Shown here piece by piece: positions 26,937-35,689 of a stretch of 64,000 nt of DNA. A model generated the notes under the pieces. That model was given only the letters and a program-made list of their open reading frames with translations. It searched no databases and was not told the DNA's origin. Position numbers and translations under genes: made by a program. The stretch comes from an uncultured bacterium. GTDB lineage: Bacteria > Eisenbacteria > RBG-16-71-46. Within the stretch, counting starts at the first letter, position 1, and each line of letters begins with the position of its first letter. The stretch is from positions 7,280-71,279 of the forward strand of contig CAZPVG010000013.1 in NCBI GenBank assembly GCA_964589945.1, read 5' to 3'.

Positions 26937-27904
26937 GACGCCTCCCGGTTGGCGAGCGGCGCGGGGGGCGCCGGGGGGGCGCCGAGCACGAAGCCGGCGA
27001 CCAGCCCCGCCGCATTCACCGTCCAGGTGAGAAGGGAATGGAGCGCGAGCCGCGGGCTGCGCTTGCGCAGCGTCATCAGCGCGAGCACGGCGAGCGGCGC
27101 GAGGGCCCACAGCGCGAGCGCGCGCGGCCCCCCGAAGGCGAAGGCGACCGGCGCCGCGAGCCACAGCGCCAGCGTGGCGAAGTAGTGGGCCTGCCGGCGC
27201 AGGTGCGCCCCGAGGCCCGGGCGCCCGAGGTAGAGCCGCAGCACCTGGCCCTGGCCGAAGCAGAGGCCCGTGCGCCAGCGGCGGCCGATCTCGGCGAAGC
27301 TCGGCCGCGGGCCGCTCCAGTGGCGGGCGGCCAGGCCGCCCGTACTGAGCAGCCGGAAGCCGGTCGCGCGCAGGCGCAGGCCCAGCTCGAAGTCCTCCTC
27401 GCTCGAGAGGCGCGGCTCGTAGCCTCCCGAGCGCTCGAGCGCCTCGCGCCGGTAGAGCGCGAGCGTCGCGAGGTAGTCGCACTCGCGGGGCGCGTCGCCG
27501 ATCCGGTAGAGGTCGGGCGAGCCGGGCCGCTCGCCCTTCGCGTCGGTGAACCACTCCTCGAGGCGGCCCCAGATCCCGCCGACCGCCGGGTCGGCCGTGA
27601 CCTCGAGCGCGCGCACGAGCCAGGCGGCGTCCACCTCGACGTCGGCGTCGGCGAAGAGCACCCACGCGCCGCCGCACGCGGCGAAGCCGGCGTTGCGGGC
27701 CGCACCGGGCGTGAGCGGCCGCCCCCCGGCGTGGCGCACGAGCTGCCAGCGGGGCCCGAGCGGCGGCGGCGCGGCGCCGCCCGCGGCCGCGATCACGATC
27801 GCCCCGCGCCACTCGCGGCCGGCGAGCGCCGCCTCGAGCGCCGCGACGGTGCGCGGCAGGTAGCGCTCCTGGCGGTAGCAGGGCACCACGACGCCGATCG
27901 TCAT
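26930..27904 (-). CDS. family 2 glycosyltransferase with C-terminal TM helices
   Basis: Start MTIGVVVPCYRQERYLPRTV (ATG 27902-27904, ATGA overlap). DAD motif FADADVEVD. Confidence 0.8.
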   Translation of the reverse strand: MTIGVVVPCYRQERYLPRTVAALEAALAGREWRGAIVIAAAGGAAPPPLGPRWQLVRHAGGRPLTPGAARNAGFAACGGAWVLFADADVEVDAAWLVRALEVTADPAVGGIWGRLEEWFTDAKGERPGSPDLYRIGDAPRECDYLATLALYRREALERSGGYEPRLSSEEDFELGLRLRATGFRLLSTGGLAARHWSGPRPSFAEIGRRWRTGLCFGQGQVLRLYLGRPGLGAHLRRQAHYFATLALWLAAPVAFAFGGPRALALWALAPLAVLALMTLRKRSPRLALHSLLTWTVNAAGLVAGFVLGAPPAPPAPLANREASC

Positions 27905-29100
27905 CGTCCGGCCCCCCGCGCCGGCGGTCCCGGTGCCGGCGTGAACGTCGCGAGGCCGAGCACCTCGTCGTACACGCCCTCGAACCCGTCCACGACCGCC
28001 TGCCAGGTGTAGTCGCGGCGCACGAGCTCGCCCGCGGCCCGGCCGAGCCGCAGCGCCCGGTCGGGCTTGCGGTGGAACGTCTCCAGCGCCTCGGCCAGGG
28101 CGGTCACGTCGCCGGGAGGCACGAGCCAGCCGGTCTCCTCGTGCACGACCACCTCCGGCACGCCGCCCACGTCGCTCGCGACCACGGCCCGCGAGCGGGC
28201 CATCGCCTCGAGCAGCGCGAGCGGCAGCCCCTCCCACCGCGAGGGCAGCACGACGGCGTCGGCCGCCGCGAGCAGCGGGCCGACGTCGTCGAGCGTGCCC
28301 AGGAAGTGCACCTGGCCGTCGATCCCGATCTGCCGCGCGCGCTCCTCCAGCGAACCCCGCAGCGAGCCGTCGCCCGCGACGGCGAGCGTGAAGTCGAGTC
28401 CGCGCTTGCGGACCTCGGCGAGGGCGTCGAGCAGCACCGCGTGGCCCTTCTGCTCCTCGAGCCGCGCGACCACGACCCACAGCGGGCGGACGAGGCCCGC
28501 CGAGAAGCGCTCGCGCCACTGGCGGGCGGCCGGGGCCTCGGCGGCCTCGTCGGGCAGGTCCGCGCCGTTGGGCACGACCCGCACCCGCTCGCGCGCGACT
28601 CCGTAGTCTCGCATGAGCGTGTCGGCCACCGCCCCGCAGACGGCGGTGACCGCGTCGGCGCGCGCGAGCTCGTCGCGCTTCAGCGCCCGCTGTCCCGCCG
28701 AATGGGACGAGCCCGTGATGTGCTCGGTCACGACGAGCCGCTCGATGCCGGCCGCGCGGGCCAGCGAGGCGAGGTAGCGGTCGGCGGCGGGCCAGACGTG
28801 GTGGACGTGGAACACGTCGGGTCTCGCGCGGCGCAGGCGCCGCCAGGTGCCGAGCATGCCGCCGAAGTCCCAGCGCGAGTCCACCTCGGCCACCCGCTCG
28901 ACCTCGAGGCCCCGCTCGGCGAGCGCGGCGGCCATCTCGTCGAGCGCGGGCGCGGGGCTCAGCCACACGCGCACGGCGAAGCGGTGGGCCGGCAGGCGGG
29001 TCGCCAGCTCCCACACGACCCGCTCGGTTCCGCCCACGCTGCGCCCGCTCTCGGCGAGCAGCACGTTCACCCGTTTCGCTTCCCGCTCGCGGTGAGCCAT
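27901..29100 (-). CDS. family 4 glycosyltransferase
   Basis: Start MAHREREAKRVNVLLAESGRSVGGTERVV (ATG 29098-29100). An alternative GTG at 29068-29070 would overlap the upstream stop. EGLPLALLEAMARSRAVVASDVGG. Confidence 0.8.
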   Translation of the reverse strand: MAHREREAKRVNVLLAESGRSVGGTERVVWELATRLPAHRFAVRVWLSPAPALDEMAAALAERGLEVERVAEVDSRWDFGGMLGTWRRLRRARPDVFHVHHVWPAADRYLASLARAAGIERLVVTEHITGSSHSAGQRALKRDELARADAVTAVCGAVADTLMRDYGVARERVRVVPNGADLPDEAAEAPAARQWRERFSAGLVRPLWVVVARLEEQKGHAVLLDALAEVRKRGLDFTLAVAGDGSLRGSLEERARQIGIDGQVHFLGTLDDVGPLLAAADAVVLPSRWEGLPLALLEAMARSRAVVASDVGGVPEVVVHEETGWLVPPGDVTALAEALETFHRKPDRALRLGRAAGELVRRDYTWQAVVDGFEGVYDEVLGLATFTPAPGPPARGAGR

Positions 29101-30284
29101 TCGTAGGCCTTCAGCAGTTCCCCCGCGTTGTGCTCCCACGCCATCTGCGTCAGGAACCGGTCGCGGTTGTAGGCGCCCATCCTCGCGCGCAGCGCGGGAT
29201 CGGCCAGCAGCTCCTCGATCTTCGTCGCGAGGTCGTCCACGTCGTCGGCCTTCGCGTACAGCGCCCCCTCGCCCGCCGAGAACCGGTGCTCGCGCAGGTC
29301 GTAGCAGACGACCGGCTTCGCGCACGCCATGTACTCGAGCACCTTGTTCATCGTACTGACGTCGTTGAGCGGGTTCTTCGGGTCGGGACTCACGCAGACG
29401 TCCGCCGTCGCGAGGACGCGCTCGACCTCGGCATCCGGGACGCGACCGGTGAAGAGGCACTCCTCCTCGAGCCCGAGCCCCCGCACGAGGGCCTTCAGTT
29501 CCGCGAACGAGTCGCCGGAGCCGATGAACGTGAACGAGACGTCGTGCCGGCCGCGGTCCTTCACGAGCACCTTCGCCGCGCGCACGAGGTGGTCCACGCC
29601 GTCCTGGGGCGCCATGACGCCCAGGTACGCGACGAGGAACGGGCGTCCGCGCTTGAGCGCCGGGTCGGGGTCGCGGATCGTGCCGAAGCGCTTCCGGCTG
29701 GGCCCGCTGCGTACGACGCGCACGGCCTCCTCGCGTTTGCCGCCCCGCGAGATCGCGACCTGCCGGTAGGACTCGTTCGTCGAGAGGACGAGGTCGGCCA
29801 TGCGGAACTGCATGCGCTCGAGCCAGCCGAGCAGCCGGTGCGGCAGGGAGCCCGCGCGCCGCTCGCCGAACCGGGACAGGTAGAGCTCGGGGCAAAGGTC
29901 GTGGTGGTCGAAGACGAACTTCACCCCCGCCGCCTTGAACGGCAGGGCGATCGCCCAGAACGTGTCCGGCGGGTTGGCCGTGTGGAGGACGTCGAACCCG
30001 CGGCGCGCCGAGACGAGCAGCGTGAGCCGCAGCGTCTGGAGCCAGCAGTAGAGGAACTCCCAGGCGTAGCTGGCGAAGCCGCTCGTCGCGGGCGGCGCCG
30101 GGTAGCGCCAGATCCGGATGCCGTCGATCTCCTCGTACGACGCGGTGCCGCCGTCGCCCATCGGGCAGATCGCGGAGACCTCCCAGCCGGCGGCGCGCAG
30201 CGCCCCGAGCTCCAGCCACACGCGGCGGTCGAACGGCAGCGTGAGGTTCTCGGAAAGGTGAAGGACCCTACCAGGCGAGGCCAT
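29067..30284 (-). CDS. family 4 glycosyltransferase
   Basis: 405-aa GT-B protein. FGIAPGHP-type N-terminal domain. C-terminal motifs VLEYMACAKPVVCYDLREHRFSAGEG. Confidence 0.85.
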   Translation of the reverse strand: MASPGRVLHLSENLTLPFDRRVWLELGALRAAGWEVSAICPMGDGGTASYEEIDGIRIWRYPAPPATSGFASYAWEFLYCWLQTLRLTLLVSARRGFDVLHTANPPDTFWAIALPFKAAGVKFVFDHHDLCPELYLSRFGERRAGSLPHRLLGWLERMQFRMADLVLSTNESYRQVAISRGGKREEAVRVVRSGPSRKRFGTIRDPDPALKRGRPFLVAYLGVMAPQDGVDHLVRAAKVLVKDRGRHDVSFTFIGSGDSFAELKALVRGLGLEEECLFTGRVPDAEVERVLATADVCVSPDPKNPLNDVSTMNKVLEYMACAKPVVCYDLREHRFSAGEGALYAKADDVDDLATKIEELLADPALRARMGAYNRDRFLTQMAWEHNAGELLKAYEWLTASGKRNG

Positions 30285-31584
30285 GGTACTCCCCGGCGGC
30301 GACCGTCCCCCGGTCCACCGCCGCCACGAGGTCCACGAGCGCCTGCCCGGGCCGGAGCCGGGCGCCGATGGCGCGGTACTCGGGCGAGCGGTTGCCGACG
30401 ACGATCACCTCGCTCCCCTCGAGCACCTCGTCCAGGCTCGCCCGCAGCCGCTCGGGCAGGTACGGCACCTCGTCCTCGACGAAGCGCCGGTTCGCGCCGA
30501 GCACGCGATCCATGTCGATGTTCGGGTCGTGCAGGAGCACGCCGTAGCCCTTGCCCACGAGCGTGCCGATGACGCGCAGGATCGGGCTCTCGCGCAGGTC
30601 GTCGGTGCCCGCCTTGAACGACAGGCCGAGGAAGCCCAGCCGGCGCTGGCGCAGGCGCTCGATGAGGTGGATCGCCTCCTCGACGTGCACGTCGTTCGAG
30701 CGCGCGATGTTCTGCAGCACGGGCAGCTCCAGCCCGTGCTCGCGCGAGCGCGCGCCGATCGCGCGCAGGTCCTTGGGCAGGCAGGACCCGCCGAACGCGA
30801 AGCCGGGCCTCAGGTAGTAGGGCGAGAGGTTGAGCTTCGTGTCCTTCACCATGATCCTCATGACTTCGTGGCTGTCGATGCCCTCGCGCTTGCAGATCCG
30901 CCCGATCTCGTTCGCGAACGCGACCTTGAGCGCGTGGAACGAGTTGTTGACGTACTTGAGCATCTCGGCCACCGGGATCGAGGTCACCACGATCTCTCCA
31001 CCGATGCCCTCGTAGAGCCGGGTGAGCGACTCGCCCGCGCGCTCGCAGCCGGCGCCGATGACCGTGTACTCCGCCCCGAAGAAGTCGGCCACGGCCGTGC
31101 CCTCGCGCAGGAACTCGGGGTTGTACGCCACGCCGAAGTCGGTGCCCGCGCGGCCCCCCGAGGCCTTCTCCAGCACGGGCGCGAGCTGGCCCAGGACGGA
31201 GCCGGGCAGCATCGTGCTGCGCATGACCACGGTGGTGAACCGGCCCGTGGTCGAGAGCGCCGAGCCCACCTCGGCGCAGGAGCGGCGCACGTGCTCGAGG
31301 TTCAGCGAGCCGTCCTCGGCGGACGGCGTGCCGACGCAGACGAGCACGACGTCCGCGCCGGGCATGGCCTCGCGGATGTCGGTCGTCGCGCGCAGGCGAC
31401 CCGCGGCGCGCGCCTCGGCGATCAGCGCGCCGAGGTCCTTCTCCACGATCGGGCTCTCGCCACGCGCCAGGCAGTCCACCTTGAATCGGTTCGTGTCCAC
31501 GCCGACGACGGTGTGCCCGCGGCTCGCGAGGCAGGCCGAGCACACCGAACCCACGTAACCCAGTCCGACCACGACGACCTGCAT
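30268..31584 (-). CDS. algD: GDP-mannose 6-dehydrogenase
   Basis: Near-collinear identity pattern with Pseudomonas AlgD: VVGLGYVGSVCSACLASRGHTVVGVD, LVCVGTPS, KLNLSPYYLRPGFAFGGSCLPKDLRAI, LGLSFKAGTDDLRESP, C-terminal GLAW. Confidence 0.9.
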   Translation of the reverse strand: MQVVVVGLGYVGSVCSACLASRGHTVVGVDTNRFKVDCLARGESPIVEKDLGALIAEARAAGRLRATTDIREAMPGADVVLVCVGTPSAEDGSLNLEHVRRSCAEVGSALSTTGRFTTVVMRSTMLPGSVLGQLAPVLEKASGGRAGTDFGVAYNPEFLREGTAVADFFGAEYTVIGAGCERAGESLTRLYEGIGGEIVVTSIPVAEMLKYVNNSFHALKVAFANEIGRICKREGIDSHEVMRIMVKDTKLNLSPYYLRPGFAFGGSCLPKDLRAIGARSREHGLELPVLQNIARSNDVHVEEAIHLIERLRQRRLGFLGLSFKAGTDDLRESPILRVIGTLVGKGYGVLLHDPNIDMDRVLGANRRFVEDEVPYLPERLRASLDEVLEGSEVIVVGNRSPEYRAIGARLRPGQALVDLVAAVDRGTVAAGEYHGLAW

Positions 31585-31632
31585 ATCCAGTCCCCTGCGG
31601 CCCGCGCGGGGGCCGCGGTTCGATTGCCGTCC

Positions 31633-33216
31633 TCAGCGAGCCGTCGGCGCCGGTCCGTCCCGGTCCGCCGCCGGCGTCAGGTGCCAGATCCGGACCCCCG
31701 GGAACTCCTCCCGGGTTTCCGGGGCCGTGCGATCCATCCGCCGTGCGAACCGGCCCCGGGGGTCCAGGTCCTCGCTCCGGCTGAGGACCACCCAGGTGCC
31801 CGACGCGCCCGACAGCGCCTCTTCGAGATTTCGTTCCAACCGCGTGGAATCGGCTGCGAAGCCGAGCCACAGGTGACGCACCGGGAGTCCCCGGCCGTAG
31901 TAGTCCACCGGTTCCATGGCCCCCACCGCCAGCACCTGCTCGCCCGGCGCGATCCGCGCGCGGACGGCCGCCAGCGCGTCGCGGTAGTCGTCGCGCGCGT
32001 AGTGCGGATCGAACGCGTTCTGGTACAGCGACACGGCCCAGAGCGCGGCGATGGCGCCGCCGAGCAGGATCCGCCCGGTCCGGCCGCGGTCCGCGAAGGC
32101 GGCCGCGACGACCAGCAGAAAGCCCGGCGCGGACACCGCCAGGTAACGGGGGTTGAAGACCTTGAAGTTGTGTCCGGCAAAGTAAACCACGACGAGCGCG
32201 GGCGCGACGAGCCACAGCGTGGCGTCGAGCAGGAGCCGGCGGCGCGCGAGCGCGCGCAGCCCGAGCACTCCGGCCGCGCCGAAGACCAGCGTGACGAGGA
32301 CCAGCTCGGGCAGGTGGCGTCGCAACGGCGCCGTGCCCGGATCGGCGCGCAGCTCGCGAAGCGAGGGGCCGAGCGTGAACCCGACGGCGAACGCGTGCAG
32401 GGCGAAGGGGATCGCCCCCGGGTGAAGCGTGGTCTCGCCGCGAAGCGGCACCTCGCCCGGAGCCGGCCCGCGGCCGGGCGCGAGGCGGCGCCAGTCCCAC
32501 GTGCTCGCGACCGAGGGCACGAACGGCGCCGCGAGCACCGCCAGCACGAGCAGGGCGCCCGCGAGCGTCACGACCCGCACGCGGCGGCCGGCCGGGGGGC
32601 CGCCGAGCCAGAACCGCGCCGCGACCGGCGCGACCAGCACGAACGAGGGGTTCGACAGCAGGCCCGCCACCGTCGCGGCGAAGCACGCACCGGCCGTGCG
32701 CGCGTCCCAGCGCCGGCGCAGCTCGAGCGCGAGCACCAGGGTCAGGCACGTCGCGAGCATCACGAAGGCGTAGCCGCGCGCCTCCTGCGCGTAGCGGACG
32801 AGGAAGGGCGACCCGGCCGTGAGCCAGGCCGCCGGCCCGGCCGCCCGGCGCCCGAGCCAGCGCGCGGCGAGCCACGCCGCGACCGGCACCGTGAGCACGC
32901 CGGCGAGCGCGCCCGGCGCGCGCATCGCCCACTCCGTCTCGCCGAACGCGCGCATCGCCCCGTGCACCGCGAGCGTGTAGAGCGGGCCGTGCACGTCGCC
33001 GAGCAGGTCGCGCAGCGAGAAGCCCCAGCCGCCACCGCCCGCGGCCATCCACGTGAAGATCTCGTCGATCCACAGGCTGGGATGGCCGAGGAGGAGGAAG
33101 CGCAGGACCGCCGCCACGAGGGTCGCGGCGGCGACGGTGCGGATCGGGGCCGAGTCGGGCGGAGCGGGGTCGGGGTCTGCGGCCGGCCGCAGGGGCGCGT
33201 GCTCGCTGGGGTGCAC
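31633..33216 (-). CDS. ArnT/PMT-like (GT39/GT83-type) polytopic membrane glycosyltransferase
   Basis: GTG start at 33214-33216, 5 nt after the sugar-transferase stop. HPSLWIDEIFTW motif. 11-13 TM segments. The N-terminal 65 codons of ORF 31633..33414 overlap the upstream gene and were rejected. Confidence 0.7.
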   Translation of the reverse strand: MHPSEHAPLRPAADPDPAPPDSAPIRTVAAATLVAAVLRFLLLGHPSLWIDEIFTWMAAGGGGWGFSLRDLLGDVHGPLYTLAVHGAMRAFGETEWAMRAPGALAGVLTVPVAAWLAARWLGRRAAGPAAWLTAGSPFLVRYAQEARGYAFVMLATCLTLVLALELRRRWDARTAGACFAATVAGLLSNPSFVLVAPVAARFWLGGPPAGRRVRVVTLAGALLVLAVLAAPFVPSVASTWDWRRLAPGRGPAPGEVPLRGETTLHPGAIPFALHAFAVGFTLGPSLRELRADPGTAPLRRHLPELVLVTLVFGAAGVLGLRALARRRLLLDATLWLVAPALVVVYFAGHNFKVFNPRYLAVSAPGFLLVVAAAFADRGRTGRILLGGAIAALWAVSLYQNAFDPHYARDDYRDALAAVRARIAPGEQVLAVGAMEPVDYYGRGLPVRHLWLGFAADSTRLERNLEEALSGASGTWVVLSRSEDLDPRGRFARRMDRTAPETREEFPGVRIWHLTPAADRDGPAPTAR

Positions 33217-33221
33217 TCCCG

Positions 33222-34151
33222 TCAGTAGGCCCCCTCCCGGGACAGCACGGCGGGCAGCGTGCGCGCGAGGATCCTCAGGTCGAGCGACAGCGACTGGTGA
33301 CGGATGTACTCGAGGTCGAGCCGCATCCACTCCTGGAAGCCGATCCGGCTCCGGCCGCTGATCTGCCACAGGCAGGTGATGCCCGGGCGCACGTCGAGCC
33401 GGCGCAGCTGCCACGGCTCGTACTGGGCGACTTCCTCCGGGATCGGCGGGCGCGGGCCGACCAGGCTCATGTCGCCGGCGAGGACGTTGTAGAACTGGGG
33501 CAGCTCGTCGAGGCTCGTCGAGCGCAGCAGGCGACCGATGCGTGTCACCCGCGGGTCGCGCGCGATCTTGAACACCGGACCGTCGGCCTCGTTCATGTGC
33601 GCGAGGTGGTGCCGGTCGCGATCGGCATCCTTCACCATCGAGCGCAGCTTGTAGAAGACGAACGGCCGGCCGCCGCGGCCGATGCGCACCGAGCGGTAGA
33701 AGACCGGGCCGTGCGACTCGAGCTTGATCAGCACCGCGAGCACGGCCATCACCGGCGCCGAGACGACGAGCGCCACCGCCGAGCCGACGATGTCGAGGAG
33801 GCGCTTGCCGAACCGCAGGTACAGTCCCTCCTGGCGCGGCGCCTCGAACGCGAGCACCTGCGTGGGCGTCCCCGGGGCGGGCGTGTGCACCGCGTTCCAG
33901 ACCCCGTGCGCGCCCGAGCGCGGCCGCGCGTGGCCGTGGCCGTTCGCGGCCGGGTGAGGGCCACCGTTCAGCGGACGGGGGCGCGAGGGTGCGGGCGTCG
34001 CGGCGAGCGGCACATGGGCCGCCCGGGGCGTGCCGGTCTCCGATGTCGTGTCCACGAGATCCGTTTCCCTGGCCGGGTGTTCCCTCGAAGCGGACCGGTC
34101 CGGTCTACCGGTCGCGGCTTCGCCTGCGGACGAGAGAGTTTCGGGCACCAT
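33222..34151 (-). CDS. polyprenyl-phosphate sugar-1-phosphate transferase (bacterial sugar transferase family, initiating enzyme)
   Basis: C-terminal catalytic domain KLRSMVKDADRD...GPVFKIARDPRVTRIGRLLRSTSLDELPQFYNVLAGDMSLVGPRP. One TM helix. The N-terminal 100 aa is low-complexity. Confidence 0.85.
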   Translation of the reverse strand: MVPETLSSAGEAATGRPDRSASREHPARETDLVDTTSETGTPRAAHVPLAATPAPSRPRPLNGGPHPAANGHGHARPRSGAHGVWNAVHTPAPGTPTQVLAFEAPRQEGLYLRFGKRLLDIVGSAVALVVSAPVMAVLAVLIKLESHGPVFYRSVRIGRGGRPFVFYKLRSMVKDADRDRHHLAHMNEADGPVFKIARDPRVTRIGRLLRSTSLDELPQFYNVLAGDMSLVGPRPPIPEEVAQYEPWQLRRLDVRPGITCLWQISGRSRIGFQEWMRLDLEYIRHQSLSLDLRILARTLPAVLSREGAY

Positions 34152-34505
34152 CGATGCGACTCTCAGTTGTCGTCGCCCTGCGACAAAAGCCGGGAGGCAC
34201 AGTTCGCCCCTCGGCTCTCAAGAAACTCGAATCACGCGTCCACGTACCGCCCTGGACCGATCGAGCACGAGCGACTGGGGGATAACCAAGGTGTCACTTC
34301 CTAGAGGTACGGTTCCCGGAGGCTTCCGGGGACCCGGGCGTCTCAGCGCCCGTTGACCTGCTCGTCCTGCGATACAAACCCAGTTAGCAAGGGACCGATC
34401 TCGCGTCCTCCACAAGGTTGGAACAGGGCCATCTCGTTGCCCTGACGAGAGGTGAGATTAGCAAGGCCCTGACAGCACAATCAATGGCCTTTTGCCCGGA
34501 GGGGC
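34152..34505 (-). promoter_or_regulatory. lower-GC leader/promoter region of the main EPS operon (tandem extended -10-like motifs, ops-like element, leader hairpin)
   Basis: About 350 bp non-coding at roughly 55% GC. Two copies of CCTTGCTAAYCT on the coding strand (plus TTAGCAAGG at about 34384 and 34458). The distal copy is preceded by TTGATT with an 18-nt spacer. GGGCGGTACGTG ops-like element at about 34231-34242. Palindrome TTGTCGtcgccctgCGACAA 16-35 nt upstream of the start codon. Confidence 0.4.
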
Positions 34506-35687
34506 TCATTTTGCACCCGTGGCCCCACCCGGCGGCCCGCCGCTTCGCCTGCCGGGAAGCGCAGTTGCGGCGGTCTCCCCGCGCGCCGCGAGCGCGGCCT
34601 GGATGCGGGCGAGGAGCGCGGCCGCGAGGCGCTCGTTCATTTCCGGGACGAAGTGGCCCCCGGGCCGCAGGTTCTCCGGGCGGCTCGCGTCCACGATCCC
34701 GTGCGTTGCCAGCCAGGTGGCGCCGAGCCCGTCCAGCTCCGGGCCGAGCAGGCGCGCGAGGTCATCCGAGTACCCGGCGTCCTCGACGAGCAGCACCACC
34801 GGGGCGGTGCCGTCCGCGCGGCATCCCGCGACGAACGAGGCCACGAGCGCGCGCAGCTCCCGGGCGTTCGGCGAGTCCTCGCGGAAGCCGTGTCGATCGT
34901 GGAGGCGCGCGAGGTGCCGGCGCTGCTCGCGCTGGGCCCACGCGCGGCGCAGCAGCCGGGCGATCGTGGAATGGTCGAGCCAGGACGCCTTCCAGAGGAA
35001 CGGGTCGTACCAGTCGTCGTCCCGGGCGAGCTCCCGCTCCCAGGCGCGCATCCGTGCCGGGTCGGCGAGCGCCGCGCGCAGGTCCGCGAGCGAGCGCACG
35101 GGAAGCTCCGAGGCCACCGGCCGGCCCGCCGCGTCCACGCGGTAGCGCGGGTAGGTGTAGGGAGGCGGCGACTCGAACTCCCAGGTCGCGGCGGAGGCGG
35201 CGTCGAGCCCGCGAACGCTCGAGGCCAGCACGCCGAGCACCGCCACGTCCGAGCGCGCGCGGCCGCGGTCCTCCTGCCACAGCGCGTAGCCGTGCGACGC
35301 CGGCGACGCCGGGCCGCCGCGCGTTCGCAGCACGATCGCCGAGTCGAGCTTCGGCAGGCGTTCCGCGATCTGGAACGTGAACGACTGGCCGTAGACGGCC
35401 ACGAGCCTCCGGCCGGGTGCGGCCTCGAGCGGCGCGGCGCCGTCGTTGAAGGGCCGCAGCCAGCCCGCGCGGGCGACCGGCGACGCGATCGAATCGCCCG
35501 GGGGAACGGCGCGGTGGAACTTCGACTCGATCGAGGCGCCGAACTGGAGGTACTGGGCCATCGGCGACGGGCGGACGCGCGGGTCGGCCGGCGGGCGGAA
35601 CGCCAGCCCGAGCGCGACGTCGGCGGCGACGAGGGCGACCGCCGTCCAGATCGCCGTGCGCCAGAGGTCCCTGCGTCCGGGTTCCAT
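34506..35687 (-). CDS. AlgJ/AlgX-like polysaccharide O-acetylation protein (membrane-anchored partner of MBOAT)
   Basis: Start MEPGRRDLWRTAIWTAVALVAADVALGLAF (N-terminal TM anchor), 2 nt after the MBOAT stop. 393 aa, size and position as for AlgJ. Upstream residues of ORF 34506..36989 are overlap junk. Confidence 0.65.
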   Translation of the reverse strand: MEPGRRDLWRTAIWTAVALVAADVALGLAFRPPADPRVRPSPMAQYLQFGASIESKFHRAVPPGDSIASPVARAGWLRPFNDGAAPLEAAPGRRLVAVYGQSFTFQIAERLPKLDSAIVLRTRGGPASPASHGYALWQEDRGRARSDVAVLGVLASSVRGLDAASAATWEFESPPPYTYPRYRVDAAGRPVASELPVRSLADLRAALADPARMRAWERELARDDDWYDPFLWKASWLDHSTIARLLRRAWAQREQRRHLARLHDRHGFREDSPNARELRALVASFVAGCRADGTAPVVLLVEDAGYSDDLARLLGPELDGLGATWLATHGIVDASRPENLRPGGHFVPEMNERLAAALLARIQAALAARGETAATALPGRRSGGPPGGATGAK

Positions 35688-35689
35688 CG

